Positions 33,818-48,200 of a stretch of 64,000 nt of DNA are shown in pieces. Position 1 is the stretch's first letter; the number at the start of each line of letters is the position of its first letter. Made by a program: the position numbers and the translations under genes. Origin of the DNA: Magallana gigas (taxonomy: Eukaryota); NCBI RefSeq assembly GCF_963853765.1, contig NC_088860.1:11284001-11348000 (forward strand). The letters run 5' to 3'. The notes beneath the pieces are model-generated. The model made no database searches. It saw only the letters and a list, made by a program, of their open reading frames with translations, and had not been told where the DNA came from.

Positions 33818-36800
33818 ATGCAGAGTGCCGGTGGAGTGACTGTGTTTTGTTTGGTTATTTTGGGCTTTGTGCAAGCTTCTCAAGGTAAATATTGCCGGTA
33901 GAAATCTGCTATTTGTTACCGCAATTATTCATTTAGGAACAAACCGCAATTAATTGCACCAATTTAGATTCAGTTATATACATGTTACTTGCTAAAATTT
34001 GTATTTTTACGGTACTAGTAAGTTGTTATCAATTTGCACCAGTATTCAATAAAAACTTACTAAAATCATTTTACTAAAAAGTTGCTAATGAATCTAATTT
34101 TCTTATCAATTAATACATTGGGAAATAACTCTCATCTGGTTGTTTAATTTTAATTTTAGCATATTGTTTTTATTTTTGATATTGTTGTTTTATTTTTGCC
34201 CAAAGTCCGTGGTCTACATAAATATCCAGGAAGTGGGGTTGTCAATTCTAATGGCTTTATCATTTTGACAAATATGAAGGACACGACATAACATTTTCAC
34301 ATTTAAGTTGTGACGTAACAAGGCCCAGACAAACCATTAAACATTTTGCAATTAAATTTGTCTTTGAGGTCAATATCTTGACACGAAACAGAGAAAAATC
34401 GTGCAATTTGGAAAACATTAAAACGTTTAAAACCATTTCATATTTCTTTAGCTGAACTTTTCCATTTATCAAATTTGATTAACAAGTGGGAAAAAAATTA
34501 GCAAAATATTTTGGCATCTTTTTTCTAATGCACATATTTTTACTGGAACCGGTAAAGATAAGACATTGTTGTGACATAATATCTTAAATTGCTTTTACAA
34601 CTTATGATTGCATGTCCAATACTTTGATTTCCCTTTGCATTCTTTGTCATATCTCCCCTTTTCCTCAAATATATTCAACATACTGCCTGTCTAGCTTTTT
34701 CGTAAATAGTTTATGATGAAAGAATATGCATGTATGTGTTCATGGAAGCTTATCAATCTGAATCTACCGAAAAAAAAATTGGTTTATTATTAAGCTTTAT
34801 ATTTATTATCAATTCAACCTATGATTTAATTAAGTTGCAAATAGTTGCAAATACATGTATACTGTATACCTTTTTACATGTTCGCCAGACGTAAAATGTA
34901 AGAAAACTGCGGGATAAATATACTTATACTAGTGACTTTAATAAAATAATCAAATTAAAGAATCCCCATAAAATTCTTAACCCAAAGTATTTGCAAAGAA
35001 ATTTATTAGCTAAACTTTACGAGTGGGTATGGTACATACAGCGTTATTGAGGTATTTCATCTATTCATGATATGATTGTTTTATTCAACACAAACAAAAA
35101 TACTGATAAGAAGGGGTTTTCCTCCATTTCTTACAAAACTTAACCTTGCATAAGAAATGCTAGTTACCCCCCCCCCCCCCTCCGACGATCAATTACGAGC
35201 ACTTGGTGTACCCGCGAGATTTTAGCAATGAAATATTGGCTGACGATTTGAAGAATTTCGTCAAGACATCTGCATGGCATGAGGGTATACATGTACCAGC
35301 AAAAGATGGCTGGCTCAGGCAATCGCAGCAACACCGGCGGTATTTAGTACATCTGCCCGCAGGGAATAGTGGGTATTATCGCGGATAATATGGCAAACGA
35401 CCCGGATCATTAGCAGACGTACACCTATTTACTGGGTTAATCAGGTCAAGACGCCTGGATTCTGGTGGAAAAATGTCTGCTCCACTCGTTTTTGGATTTC
35501 GATGTCTGGGAAGTGCGCATTTTATGAATGAATTTTAAGAGATGCTTATCGGGGATAGGACATTCTTATAGTTCTTATAGACGCGGGCGGTTTTGAAGGG
35601 TCTTTAATGCATCAAACTTAAGGTATATCTGCAAGTTGATAACAGACAGACAGCTAATTTCATTGGTCGGTTATACTTATCTTATATAGCAAGGAATCTG
35701 GATGATGTTTTAGGTTTTACTTGGGCTTCGTACTGTCATTGTAGTACTAGCATATCGCCAACCAAAGCTGCACTGCGTGAATATGACACATTGTTTGAAA
35801 TAAATTTTAACCTATCTAAAAATAATGACCTTGCACTTGGTATTCAATCTAACACTGACTTGAAATTTTTACCCCAAATTTATTAAGGTTGTGCAAACGG
35901 TGTATTATAACACCAAATAGTCTTGCAACTCGTAACATGTCTGACACTGACCTTTGAAAGATTTGACCTTTGATATCCAGTCGGTCATTAAGTTTAGAAT
36001 TTGGTCATGACTTAGTCAATCTGTAATTTTTAGCTTGGATTTTGTCTTTTTGCTAGTTGGAGTTTAATAGATTGCTCTAACCTTTGATATTAATTAACCT
36101 CATTATGACGCCACTCTTGTCCTTAAGCTTCTGCTTCGTCTTTACAGTGCTTGCTCAGTCAAGTTACAAAATGAGACATAATTAAGCATCCAAAACATTT
36201 TAATTTGCAGGGTTTTAACCAATTGTAGGAGTTAACTATACATTTCAGGTCAGGAAGGTCTGAAACTGCGAGCCTTGGAGCAGAAGCTGTTGGAGATCAT
36301 ACAAGACGAGTTTCCAGAATTCTCTGAATCCTCGGGGCTTTCCCCGAACGACGGACGGGCGGAGTCCTACACATTCCAGGGGTTCGAGAGACGAAACGTT
36401 AGAATCATCGCATACTAGTTTTACAACCAGAAAAAAATATTAAAGCAAAAACGACTTCTATATACAGTGTAGTACTGTACTTAAATAGTGTGTTTCCAGT
36501 TCCACGGCAGAGTAATAATTAAGTTATTCTTATTTTGGTCTCTACTGTCTTCAAAACAATCTTATGTCATAATACAAAACAATACTACAAAACTAAAAAC
36601 CACTTACAAAAAAAGTTTCCTACTTTAAGCCCCCCTTTATAACTTTCATGAACGCTAATTTCACTTAAAAGAAATTCGTGGTACATTGATATGAAATTTC
36701 AATAAAACGTCTTTCATTTTCAATTTGCAATGAAAAACCTATTCTTAATTTAGTTCAATTATTCCTTTCATTTTTGTCTGGTTTGTTATCTCTGACATAC

Positions 36801-39800
36801 GTGAACATGTGAATTATCAATCCTACATGCATCCTTTAAAACAGAGATATCTAAGTAGGTATCTTAAGGATATAAAGATTAGAGTCTTAATATGTAGTAC
36901 TGATTTTTATACCGATAAAAGATTAAGAAGTTACAAAAAGTTTTTTAATTGTGGTTTTGTGTTCGTCTGGATCTGATAACCAAGTTTTTCAAAGGAATGA
37001 GTGATTTATGCTTGATTATTCCCGTACAACCTGACTACGCAAAATGGGCATTGTTTATTTGGGGGTAAAATGAAATTAATTTTATTTGTCTACACACAGA
37101 ACCGGAATATACAGCTCCTGCAGCAGCTGGAAAATATAGACAGAAACCCACTGAGCCGGGATGAATTGAATGATTGGAAAATACTGCGCTATCACGTCCA
37201 AACTATATTGAAAGGCTACAAATTCAGAGAGTAAGTTACAGGCAATCATTTCACCTATGTCCAGCCGTCGATCAAAAAAGTATGCATTGTAATTATGCAT
37301 AATTGAAAAATATTGCAATGCCACGTCCAAACAATATAAAAACGTCTTAAGAAAACCTTTAGAAAAAAGGATAAATTACTAGCAACCTTTTTACTTTTAA
37401 TCACCAGTATCAGTCTGAAAAATGCAAGATTTTATATATAGCGCATATTTGATTGTTACGTATTTCATGGACATTGTAATGCTATTTTGCTTTGTTTTAC
37501 AGATGGGGACATCTAAACCCGATCAATTTCCTCGAGGCACCTTTGAAGCACCGCGACTGGATTACTAAGAAGACGACACAAGACCGGGAGAAATATGTTT
37601 TACGACTTCAAGCCATTCCACAGCAAGCAAGTTTAACTTGATCTGAGATTTTCATCAATTCAGAATGTTAAGAATAATGTTAAACTTTAGAGAAAAAAAT
37701 TAAGGTCTGACTAATAATTTTTCTCCGACGAGAAGGTAAATCATTTTTCATTTGAACCGCATTACATCACACTCAAAAGCTGGAAAACAACAAACTTTAA
37801 GATAGTTCTTTTTATACTTGGAAACTGAATGTCCATTAAAAAGCTTAATAACAATCAAAAGAAGTAGATAAAGTACACATTGAAATCATAAAAAACAGAC
37901 GAAGTAGGAATATACAGTCAGAAATCAAATACATGTACTAGATGAATAGGAATACATTGATGATATTCCTGGGCTGTTTCCTTGCTTCAATTAAAGTTAA
38001 CTACGGTAAGTTTCCTTTAGGAGCAATAAATGTGTTTTTCATTTCTGTAGATTGAAGAGCAAATTTCACTCATGAGAAGAGCCATCAAACTGAACAGGAC
38101 CAACCATTTCATATCTATGGTAGCAATTCCTTACTATACTAGTATATATATGTTTGTGACATATACCGTGGAATCATTTGATTTCGTGGGGGCCAATTTT
38201 CGTGGATTGTGGTGTTGTTTTTTTTGCTTATTCGCGGGGTGTAATTTCGTGAATGCGTCGGTTTTAGTTTTTAGTAACAAAGATAACTCTTTCTATATTT
38301 GTTTTCGTAGAGGATGTAAATTCGTGGAGGAAAGGTACCCACGAATACCACGAAAATTGAGCCATCACGAACTCTAAAGATTCCACAGTATATTTAATAA
38401 ATTTTCATAATTTCACTTTTTCGATTAGAAACAGTTTCAAATTACCGGTATAATAGACGATGAAATCTTACATGTATACAGCTTATATACACTGAATAAT
38501 TATTATTTGATAATTTTTCCTCTAGCGACTCTACTAGAGATTTTTTTTAAAAAATCAGATTTAAAAAAAAATCATACAGCTTCATTACATGTTGGTCACC
38601 TTATCTTTCCTTTGAAAAAACTCAAAACTCAAAACGTTTTAGGTAATCCATGTTATTAAATTTCTAACGTGCTATTTACTTTTATTTGTGATAAATTTCT
38701 TCCTCATATCAAATAATTTTAAGATAAATTATAATTATGGAACGTCATTTACAGAACGGGACTCTAGAGAGCATATGGAGTGACGTGTTCCTCGTATACC
38801 AACACCAAAATCGGAAAAGTGTGAATGGTTCTTCGCAACACTCTCAGAGGTATGCATCCTTTATCTTATCGCCAGATATCAGATAAAAATTGATGACTGT
38901 TGGAATTGCCGTTTTATTGCAACTGTAATCAGAAAAGCCGCACTAAATATATCCATTGGCTGTCGTATTGTGTCTGTGGCTTCAAAATTGGCATGGTTGG
39001 CCTTTGGGTTAAGGTCAAATACAATCTGATATTGGCCTTCCCGTAATTTGCAGCAAATATTTATTTTTTTTATCAAAATCAAGGTTAGGTTATATATTTA
39101 CTGATCCGCAGCCCGTTTTTCAAAGTAATTTGTTATCATAAAATACAAAGAATATAGTTACATGTATGTATTATGCTATTTGTGTAATGTATGTAGTTTT
39201 AGGAGTAAATAATTTGATTTTTGCAAGGGAAAATGACACATACAATCTTCATACACGAAGCACAACTGGTGTCTGGTATACCAAATGAACCGGAGTCAGA
39301 ATTGATTACTTATAAGTATAAGATTCCTACACAAAATTCAAATTTATGACATGACCACGATTTTTTTGTTATTATATGAGCTGTAACAATTGCTAATTGT
39401 TGGGTACAGTTAAATACACGATGACCAATAGATATTTTTTAATCTTATATAGTCTACAGCATAAAAATAGCTAATCATAATTTAAATTAGCTCTTTTTGT
39501 TTTTAGTATCATTGAACTTAAAAAGCATCCACCTGTCATTAAAAGTGATTGCTAAACAAATGTTTTCATTTGCACAACATCTTGTTTGAACTGTTTGTAT
39601 TTATTTCACCGGCCCATAGCAATCTTCTAAAGGCTTGGAACCTTAGTACAGACAAACTAGCCGAGTCATTGATGAATCTACAGACTTTTATTAGCACGGT
39701 CAGTGATTAACATTATAATTCGTGCATTTTTTTTAAATTCCTCTATACTAGTACAAGAATTCTTAATTTTCGAATTCAGAAGAATAAATATTAAATAAAT

Positions 39801-42705
39801 GCTACTAGCAATCAGAGAAGATTTTTTTTTCTAATTTTAAGTAAGAGTAAAATCCAAAATAAAAAAGAAAAATGGTAAACTAAGTAAAGAAACATAATAT
39901 TTGATGTAATTTTTTAGTAAAATGAAGGTGTTAATTACCTCTAGTAGGAATATTTCCCGGCGACACGTCCGAACATCGGGGTCCATTCCATGCCGGGGGG
40001 TCAGGAGTACTACCAGGCCTGTCTGGACTACCACTTAGGGACCCACCTCACCCCCTCACAAATACACAGCCTGGGGTATCGGGAGGTGGAGCGGTTAGAA
40101 GGACTTATGAGAAAGGTACGAAATTTTGTGATTGGTTATCTTTATTTTTGCTGTCAAAGAGTTCATTAAATTCCGGAAGTATATGTGCTTGGTTTATTTG
40201 AAAAATATGTAATTTCAGATTATGATACAGCATAGATTTACCGGGAAAATATCCGAATTCCTCCAATTTTGGCAAACGAAAAACCGCCAACAAGACAAAA
40301 AGGTAAGACATTACAGATTTATTTTCAAGAGAAATACTTTAAACTTTAAACGATTATAATTGTATACGATGTACTTGCGAAATAAAGGAAGACTGTCACT
40401 CTCTCATCTTTTACAGTGGAACATTTACCAGGTATACAGGGGCGTCATTGACCGCGCGCGCGACTCGCTGTGGCGGGTCTTCCACAGAATTCCACTAACC
40501 CCTTTACGGTATTAACCATTTGTAATTTACCAATTAACACTGTTTCTTTTTATAATGAGTTACCAAAATACATAAGAAAGGTACACTGCAAATCGAATAC
40601 CTTAAACAATGCTTTTTTATTGATTTTCCAGAATTGAGTTATTCAACAATTCCAGAGTTCCGGCAAGAGGCCATTACACCAAAAATGTGTTCTACCTTAA
40701 TACATTCTATGAGAATAGGTAATGCAACATATTGTAGGCAATGTAATAAAAAACGTCTGAAATCTCTAATTTTAATAAATATACCCAAAGTATTGTTGAT
40801 TTCAGCGTCATGTATAACTACATGTACTAGTAATGTATAAATTTGTTCATGCTTTAACGAAATTAACCCCGTGTAATGTTATCTATCTCTATTCTAAATT
40901 CGAAATATAATAATTCATTTAACTTGACACGGAAATGTCTTCCTAAAAAAACGGAATCATAAAAAGCTTTCTGTTGTAGGACCAATTCTAATGTCCTCCC
41001 ATTGGCTTTTCACGAAACCTACCCAGGGCACCATTTTCAGGTAAAAGTGACGTCATCTCTTGTAATCCTTTGGAGAATGTTTTGTAAGTTCATGTTACAT
41101 GTAATGTTTCATTAGCTACATGTATATTTTGGAATCTTAACGACACAATTAAATTAATGAGGATTGTTATGACGTCATCACTTTAGGAATGTTACAAGAG
41201 GCAGCAGAATCTACCGCTGTACCGGCAGTATCCGTTATACCGGCGGAGGTTCGCAATACCGTTCACATACCCAACCTATGCAGCATATTCAGAGGTAGGG
41301 TTTAATGAAGTCTAAATAGTGAAAACAGGGGTTAGAAAATGGGAAATTCATTCTAGCCGGTATAAATGATTGTAATTTGAATTAATATTTATTTCATGAT
41401 ACATTACAATTGTTTTTCTCAAAAAATTAACAGTTTAGAATATTTCTCGTACTTGTGTTCATAATCTTTGCATCTTTCTTTTCTGAAGGGATGGGCACTG
41501 TATGCGGAACATTTAGGGATAGAATTAGGCTTCTATGAGACTCCTGTCGACATGTGAGTTATATTGTTCGGTTTTTGTTACAGCATTTCCTGATCTTACC
41601 CATCATGTTTAGTTTCAAAATAACATACTGTGCTATTTAAAATACCGATATATTAAAGTAGTGGAATCTTGAAAACGGTTGAAATTTGTTTCAGGTTTCA
41701 AAAATATATGTCGGAAATATTCAGGGCTTGTCGCTTGGTAGTGGACACGGGTATCCATGCTTTTGGGTGAGTAGTGTTTTTATAGATCATTTAAATATCT
41801 TTTAACCTTATAAATATTAAAAGTCTATTTCTTCAAATGAACATGTACCAATTGATGTGAACAGTTTTGTTCCATGATCTTCTTCAGATGGACAAAAGAA
41901 AGGGCTATCAAGTTTATGAAAAAATATACAAACGCGCCAACAGGAGAAGTTGCTAGGGAGATAGATAGGTATATCACGTGGCCTGGACAAGCATGTGCTT
42001 ATAAAGTAGGGGAGTTGAAAATCAGGGAACTTCGCCGACGGGCAGAAACTATGTTAGGTAAGGCTATGTGAACCCATTATATCAATGATACGGCAGTGTT
42101 GATTACTAATACCAGGTGTCTATGGAGGCTGGGTGGTCAACAAATTAACCATAGATCTAGATCTGCTTAGAATTTCAAGATATTATTTGTTTAGCTGCAA
42201 ACTATTATTTTGTAAAAACCTAGTATACATTTAACCTTTAAAATTTAGACACATTTTATATTTTGATATAGAGCTCTTCTTCTATAGGAAATCAGTTTAG
42301 TCAAAAAATGGCCACGACCATCGAGCCATCTTAATTCTTTTTAAAAAGAGAGTCGTTCAATCTTACACAAATCTTGTACCTCCGGATAATGATATTGAGC
42401 TTTAGCATCAATAATAATCTTGTCTGGTTATCGAAACCTACCCATCATTCCATTTCACAGGTAACAAGTTCAGTGTCAAAGATTTCCATCACCAAATACT
42501 AAAGTTAGGACCTATTGGGCTTGATATCCTGGAGGAAATCATCAACGATTGGATAGCCAGTGCCACGCCCCTAGTGGCACCAAACCCAAACCCAATACTG
42601 TCTCCTCACACCTCATCGGCTGCAGGACAAACCACTGCATCTTGTTTGTTTCATATATCACTGTTTTTGTCCCTTGTAGTTCATTTGTTATGTAGGCGAT
42701 TTTAA
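33818..42705 (+). CDS. DUF885-family protein with signal peptide and putative GPI-anchor signal, ~621 aa
   Basis: Exons 33818-33884, 36249-36397, 37100-37230, 37503-37626 (GC donor), 38051-38119, 38755-38849, 39620-39698, 39948-40115, 40219-40302, 40417-40508, 40632-40718, 40980-41040, 41187-41294, 41489-41553, 41695-41766, 41888-42057, 42461-42705 are phase-consistent. DUF885 motifs: [75 protein letters not shown](S)VKDFH. Confidence 0.9.
38165..38388. mobile_element. Tc1/mariner-type MITE in a DUF885 gene intron
   Basis: TA|CCGTGGAATC ... GATTCCACAG|TA with TTTCGTGG/CCACGAA subterminal motifs. A degenerate relative lies near 48674-48845. Confidence 0.65.
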
Positions 42706-43482
42706 CGTCTATCATTGTTATGTAGAGGGTTATTTTTGTATTGAATGTTGTTATTATTTATTTTGGAATATGTCAATGTGGGTATGCATTCGTTTCAGAC
42801 TTTGTTCATCTTTTAAATGTTGCAGCAGTCGTTTGCAGATTGAGTAGAAGCTTTCATTTTTTTAAGAATTCAGAATTGTTTACTTTTTTGATAGTCTTAT
42901 TGTATAGTTGTTTATTTTGTGCTCAAATAAAGCCATAATTTTGCCTTCCTATGCGGTGAATGTAATTTAGGGTGCTCTGAATTGTTATTATACAGAGAAA
43001 ATTTAACGTTTAAGGAATATTATGTGAAAAACTAGTAGTTTGATTATATCTTATACAGAAAAATATATATAAGAATGGTGTTTTTGTTGCGGGGGTTTTG
43101 CTGTTGGCTGCTAAGCATTTACATTAAATATCGGTCATTATGATGCCTCTTTAGTTATTAACTCAAATCGAGATGTACAGTTCTAATTTATTGTAATCTA
43201 CAAAGCAGATTTTTATTGACACTGTAATATATATAGATATCTTTTATGTACCTATATAATGACTGTTTTATAATCCACATCATGGAAAACAGTTATAAGA
43301 TAAACTAGTGTTATTTTCTTTTTGATTTTTATTTAGCTTTAAAAAATGTAATGACAAACAACTGACATCTTTGACAACAAAACAATTCCAAACAATAAAA
43401 GTATTAAACTTGTAGAACACAAAATCAATACATTCACTATTAACAACTTTCAAATGCAAAAATATAGTAAAATAAACAAAAA

Positions 43483-45132
43483 TCAAATTTCGGCTCGCCA
43501 TTGCATATTTGCTTTTGTTTTTTCCACGAAAAACCCCTTTTTGTTGCCAAGGTAATTGTCCAGTTCTGCCTGGGATTCGAACAGCTGTACATTGAATGGG
43601 CTTCCTCTGACGTGGCGCCCCGACCACTTGACATTGATGACGTATTTCCCGGGCTCCTCTGGGCTGTATGAACACAGAACAGTCCTGTCATTCTCTTCCT
43701 CTCTTTGAATATTGACCTTGAACGCACCTTACAAAAGACGTTTATTAGGACATTAGATAAATTGAACAGGTATTCACGTATTTATTCATTATTTAGTTAT
43801 TAATGGGCGTGCATTCAATCTATTTACCCCCATAACGCTTTTATTCAAATCACTTAAAATGAGTATGAAATTCTAAAGAATTGTATACTAGTATATATTT
43901 ATTTAAAATTACGCGATTATGCCACAAACTGACTTCCAATATTAACTTATGCGTTAACTTCGTGAACGAAAGTTATAGAAAAGAGATTGAATCTTGAGCT
44001 TACTTCGAGGCCCCCTTATCCTCACAGCTAACTGTCCAGCGCCTGCGCCGGAAGTCTCCACCAAAAATTTACTCTCGAAGGTTTGGATAAGTCCGTCCTG
44101 GACTCCAGGCCCATAGACTCGGACTTTTCTCGGGTCGGGAGGCTCCCCTACCGGGATTTTAAATGGACTGCCTGTACAAGTAAAATATCCTATTTCGTAT
44201 GTATGCTGAATACAGATATTTGAATTCCATCTCTATTCATTTACTAGGCTTTATATCAATTGAATTATCATATACATGTTAATGCATTTACGACAAAAAA
44301 AGTATACCTGGCACGTGTTCGTGATCATACGTGATCTCGAGTCGGTGTCTGCACGCCTCCCTAGGGTACATATGCACCTTATAAATACCATTACGTTGGT
44401 CGAACACGTCACATCTTGCCTCCCGGAGCTCTCCGTGACAGCTGACCTTGATTTCACCTTGAGAACAAATCAGCCCACATTACTCCGTTATCTTAGATGG
44501 GACTATTGCACTTCTTATGTTTTAACAAGTGATTTCATCCTGAAATTTAACAAAGAAAATAACAAAGCCCATGTATTCTGTTAGAAGAAAACTTACCGAA
44601 ACCAGCTTCAGTTGTATCGACATCTAGATGAAGTTCTTGACCTACATAACCGCCCTTCAGACCTTGACCAGTAACTTTTACCTTGCCACTTGCCCCTTTG
44701 TTGGAAGCTGTGATCTTATACGGACATTTAGGAACAAGTTGTTCTGACCAATAAACATATAATACATAGGCTCCTAAAATAATAAAACAAACAAACAGAG
44801 CTTAAGTCGACGGAAAAAGTAGAAGGGAAAGTCATGTTGTAATTGTACTTAAACACTAAGTATTTCAATTGATCAAAATTACTTTCCTAATTTGAATTAT
44901 AAAAGCCACAATTCAAGATGTAAAACGTAAAAGTTCAATTATTATCTATTAGCCACCTATAGATTGCATACATCGTGGGTAAATAGAGATACACGTACCA
45001 GGGTTTGGGGCACTGTATGTACATTTGTATCGGTCATACTTCATAGGTGTAATGTTTACATGTACATCCTTTTTAACGCCCTTTAACAGCACTCTTGGTG
45101 TTCCTGTAGATTAAAAAGATATCCTCATAAAG

Positions 45133-45204
<72 letters not shown>

Positions 45205-48200
45205 ACAGAGTTAGATTCTTTACCAGGTCCTGCAAATCTTCCATTGATAAGAAACTCCGCTGGTACTAATGCTCGTGCCTTTTCTTTGCCCTTGCCCTCA
45301 ATGACAACTTTTGTGTGATCAACCGGAAGTGGAGGCCCTGGGCAATACGCCAGTATGGGCGAAGAATCCAGAGGTACATCCGACCAATACACGTGGATGT
45401 AATGGTCACCTACAAATTTTACTCAATTTTGTATAACGCCTTAATATATTCCTGCATTTTGTTTGCTTGTTTTTTTTTCACAAATTCAGACTAAATTTAA
45501 CAAAACGAAACAATAATATTTTACCTTCTTCAACTGCTGTGAAAGCAATCTCCATCTCCTCTTTCTTTGGTTTTCGTGTCTCTACTTTAAGCTTTCCCCG
45601 GGGAGACAGAACAATAGCTGTCATCCTTCCTGAAGATTAGGTGATATATTTAAGACACGAAAGATACACACTTTTACAAAAAAGGATTTAAAGAGACTTA
45701 GCGGAATCTGAAATCTACTTTTGTTTTAAGCCCACTACTTACCTGGGCCAGCGGCACTTATGTCATAAAGAAGCTGTGTTTCCTTTCCACAATCAAGGAC
45801 CAAGTGTCCGTTCTCGTCCATCAGATCCGTGAGGTCCGTGATCAGAGTCACGCGTGATCTATCCGTGATTTTTGCGTAGAATGGACTTCCTTTTGAATAA
45901 TAAAGTCAATATCTCAATCATTATAAGAATTACTGTAACATCTTTAAAAATAAATAAAAAAGATGTTCTTTAGGAAAAAATATTTGAAATTACATGTTTT
46001 AATTACACAAACCTGGGACTGCTCTTTCATCCCAGTTGACATTTATCTTGAAGGTCCCTGCATTGCTAGGTACATACGAGAAAATGTATGTAGAGGACCC
46101 TGCCTCACGCCACGAGGTGTCCACTTCTTTACCTTCATCTTACAAGCAAGACAAACATTTCTATACACATAATGCATGTACAAAACTCATATCAGTTTAT
46201 ATCGGCATGAAATCAACGTGAATTGGTCCGTATATATATGTTGCTTACTTTCGACAGTGACACTTATGTTTCCTCCCAGATCTCCAATGTTAACCTGGAA
46301 TGTACATTCCTTCCCCCTCAAACCTCGAGTTAAACCTTCACCAGTCACAACAATTTGGCCCGGATCCACCACATCAATACTTTTTGGAGACCCTGTATTT
46401 TAAAGATATATCATAAATTGTAACCAATCACTGTAAACTTACTAGAATTTTGATCATTTTACCCCCTTAAAAAATTCAAGAAACCTTTTAATCATAATTT
46501 CATAGCAATATTTATTTTTGTTGGTTTAGGATATGCAATCCGGAGGATAGGCAACCTGTAATTTCCGTGTTGTTGAACTTGCAGTACACAAAGAACATTC
46601 CTGAGTTTTGAGGAACAAACTCTATAGTTTTTATTCCATTGTATTCCGTTTCATTGACCTCGCAGACAATTTCCTTTCCGACATTCCGCACTGCAGCCTC
46701 GATATCACCTATCCCGGCTTCGCTGTAGTTCACTATCAGGCAAAAAATAAAAAAAACAAGACCATCAACTAGTTCATAGGTCCTACATTTTAAACTAGGT
46801 CCTACATTTTAAAATAAGTTCTCATTTAATAATAATACAATTGGATACTATGAGTATTGTCACACCTGTGAAGACAACTTCCTCTCCCACAATTCCTTTC
46901 TGTGGCCCGGATAACCATGCTTTCTGGGGATCGAAGACGTCAAATGAAATAGGACTGCTGGAGATCTCCTCCCCCTGACAGAACACATGGACGATCCACA
47001 GACCTAGCGGAATCAGTTCCCGTTAATATCACTTTCTGTTATTTAATCAAAACATTAGCATGTGTAAAACGTCATTGTATATCATGTTCTTACCGACTGA
47101 CTTTGGTCTAAAAATGGCGGAAAAGACGCCATTTTCATATAGTGTCGTCAGCGATTTGACCTCCTCATTCGGTGAGCAATATTCGATTAATACTTCATTG
47201 CTTTCAGACTCTGACAAAACCTATTCCCAAACATAAAAACACATCATTTATACATTTATACATTTATACATTTATACACGTATTATCAAATTGGCTAAAA
47301 GTCGTCGATCTACAATGCTTAAAATATCAAGAACATCGAACTTATTACAATACTGACTTCAATGTCATTTGATGATCCAACCATGCACGAAGAGGACTGT
47401 GTTCGAAGTTTGACCTTGGAGAGATCGGCCTTGACACTGAATGTCACAGGACAACCTACTAAGGGAGTACCATTATACAGAACGTTGAGCTGCAAAAAGA
47501 ACGGACAAATTTAATTGGTATGCCAGTATTAATGCATTTATTATTCATTCTGTGGCGATCATCATGCTATTTATACAGTGAACAAAAATCATTCGTCGAG
47601 ATTGAATTGTGAAAGATTGTAAAGTACCCCTCCATACACCAATAATTGCAAAGTATATTGAATTCCGTTACCAAGTACTTTTTCATTGACATAAGGCGTA
47701 TACTAGTAACGAAATAAGATCTCCAAAAAACCAAGTTTTTCATGAACCTTAAAATTACATCATCAACCCCTCAGAATAACAATGAAATACTACAGCTGAT
47801 TAAAATGGACAAAATACGCACGCCTTATTCCAGCAATGTCTTTTTGTTTCAAGAATGAGTGAAGCATTAGCTTCACTGTTTAAAGAGCCAGGATTTACAA
47901 TATCATAATGTGGGGGAAGTATAATCTATGTTTTACCGTGTAAGAGCCCGGGTCCGCAGGGGTGAAGCGACAGTCGGCGTACTTGTCCTTCCAGCTGACG
48001 TCACAGCGCTGGTTGCCCTTGGCGCTCTTTATCTGGACACTGGTCAGTTCCTTCTGAACGTCTTTGTCCTCCATGACCAGCTTAAAGTGGATCTAGAAAG
48101 GGAATTTTCAAGAGTGTCGAAATGTCTATGTAACATGCATGTTCATGATTTTAATTATTCAAGCCAGATTTGAGAGAGTGTGATAAATTTCAATATCCTC

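Noticed and set aside
43280-43727. 131-aa and 95-aa minus-strand ORFs
   Set aside because: They are alternative frames over the last filamin exon and 3'UTR; the true frame reads ..VKWSGRHVRGSPF..QWRAEI*.
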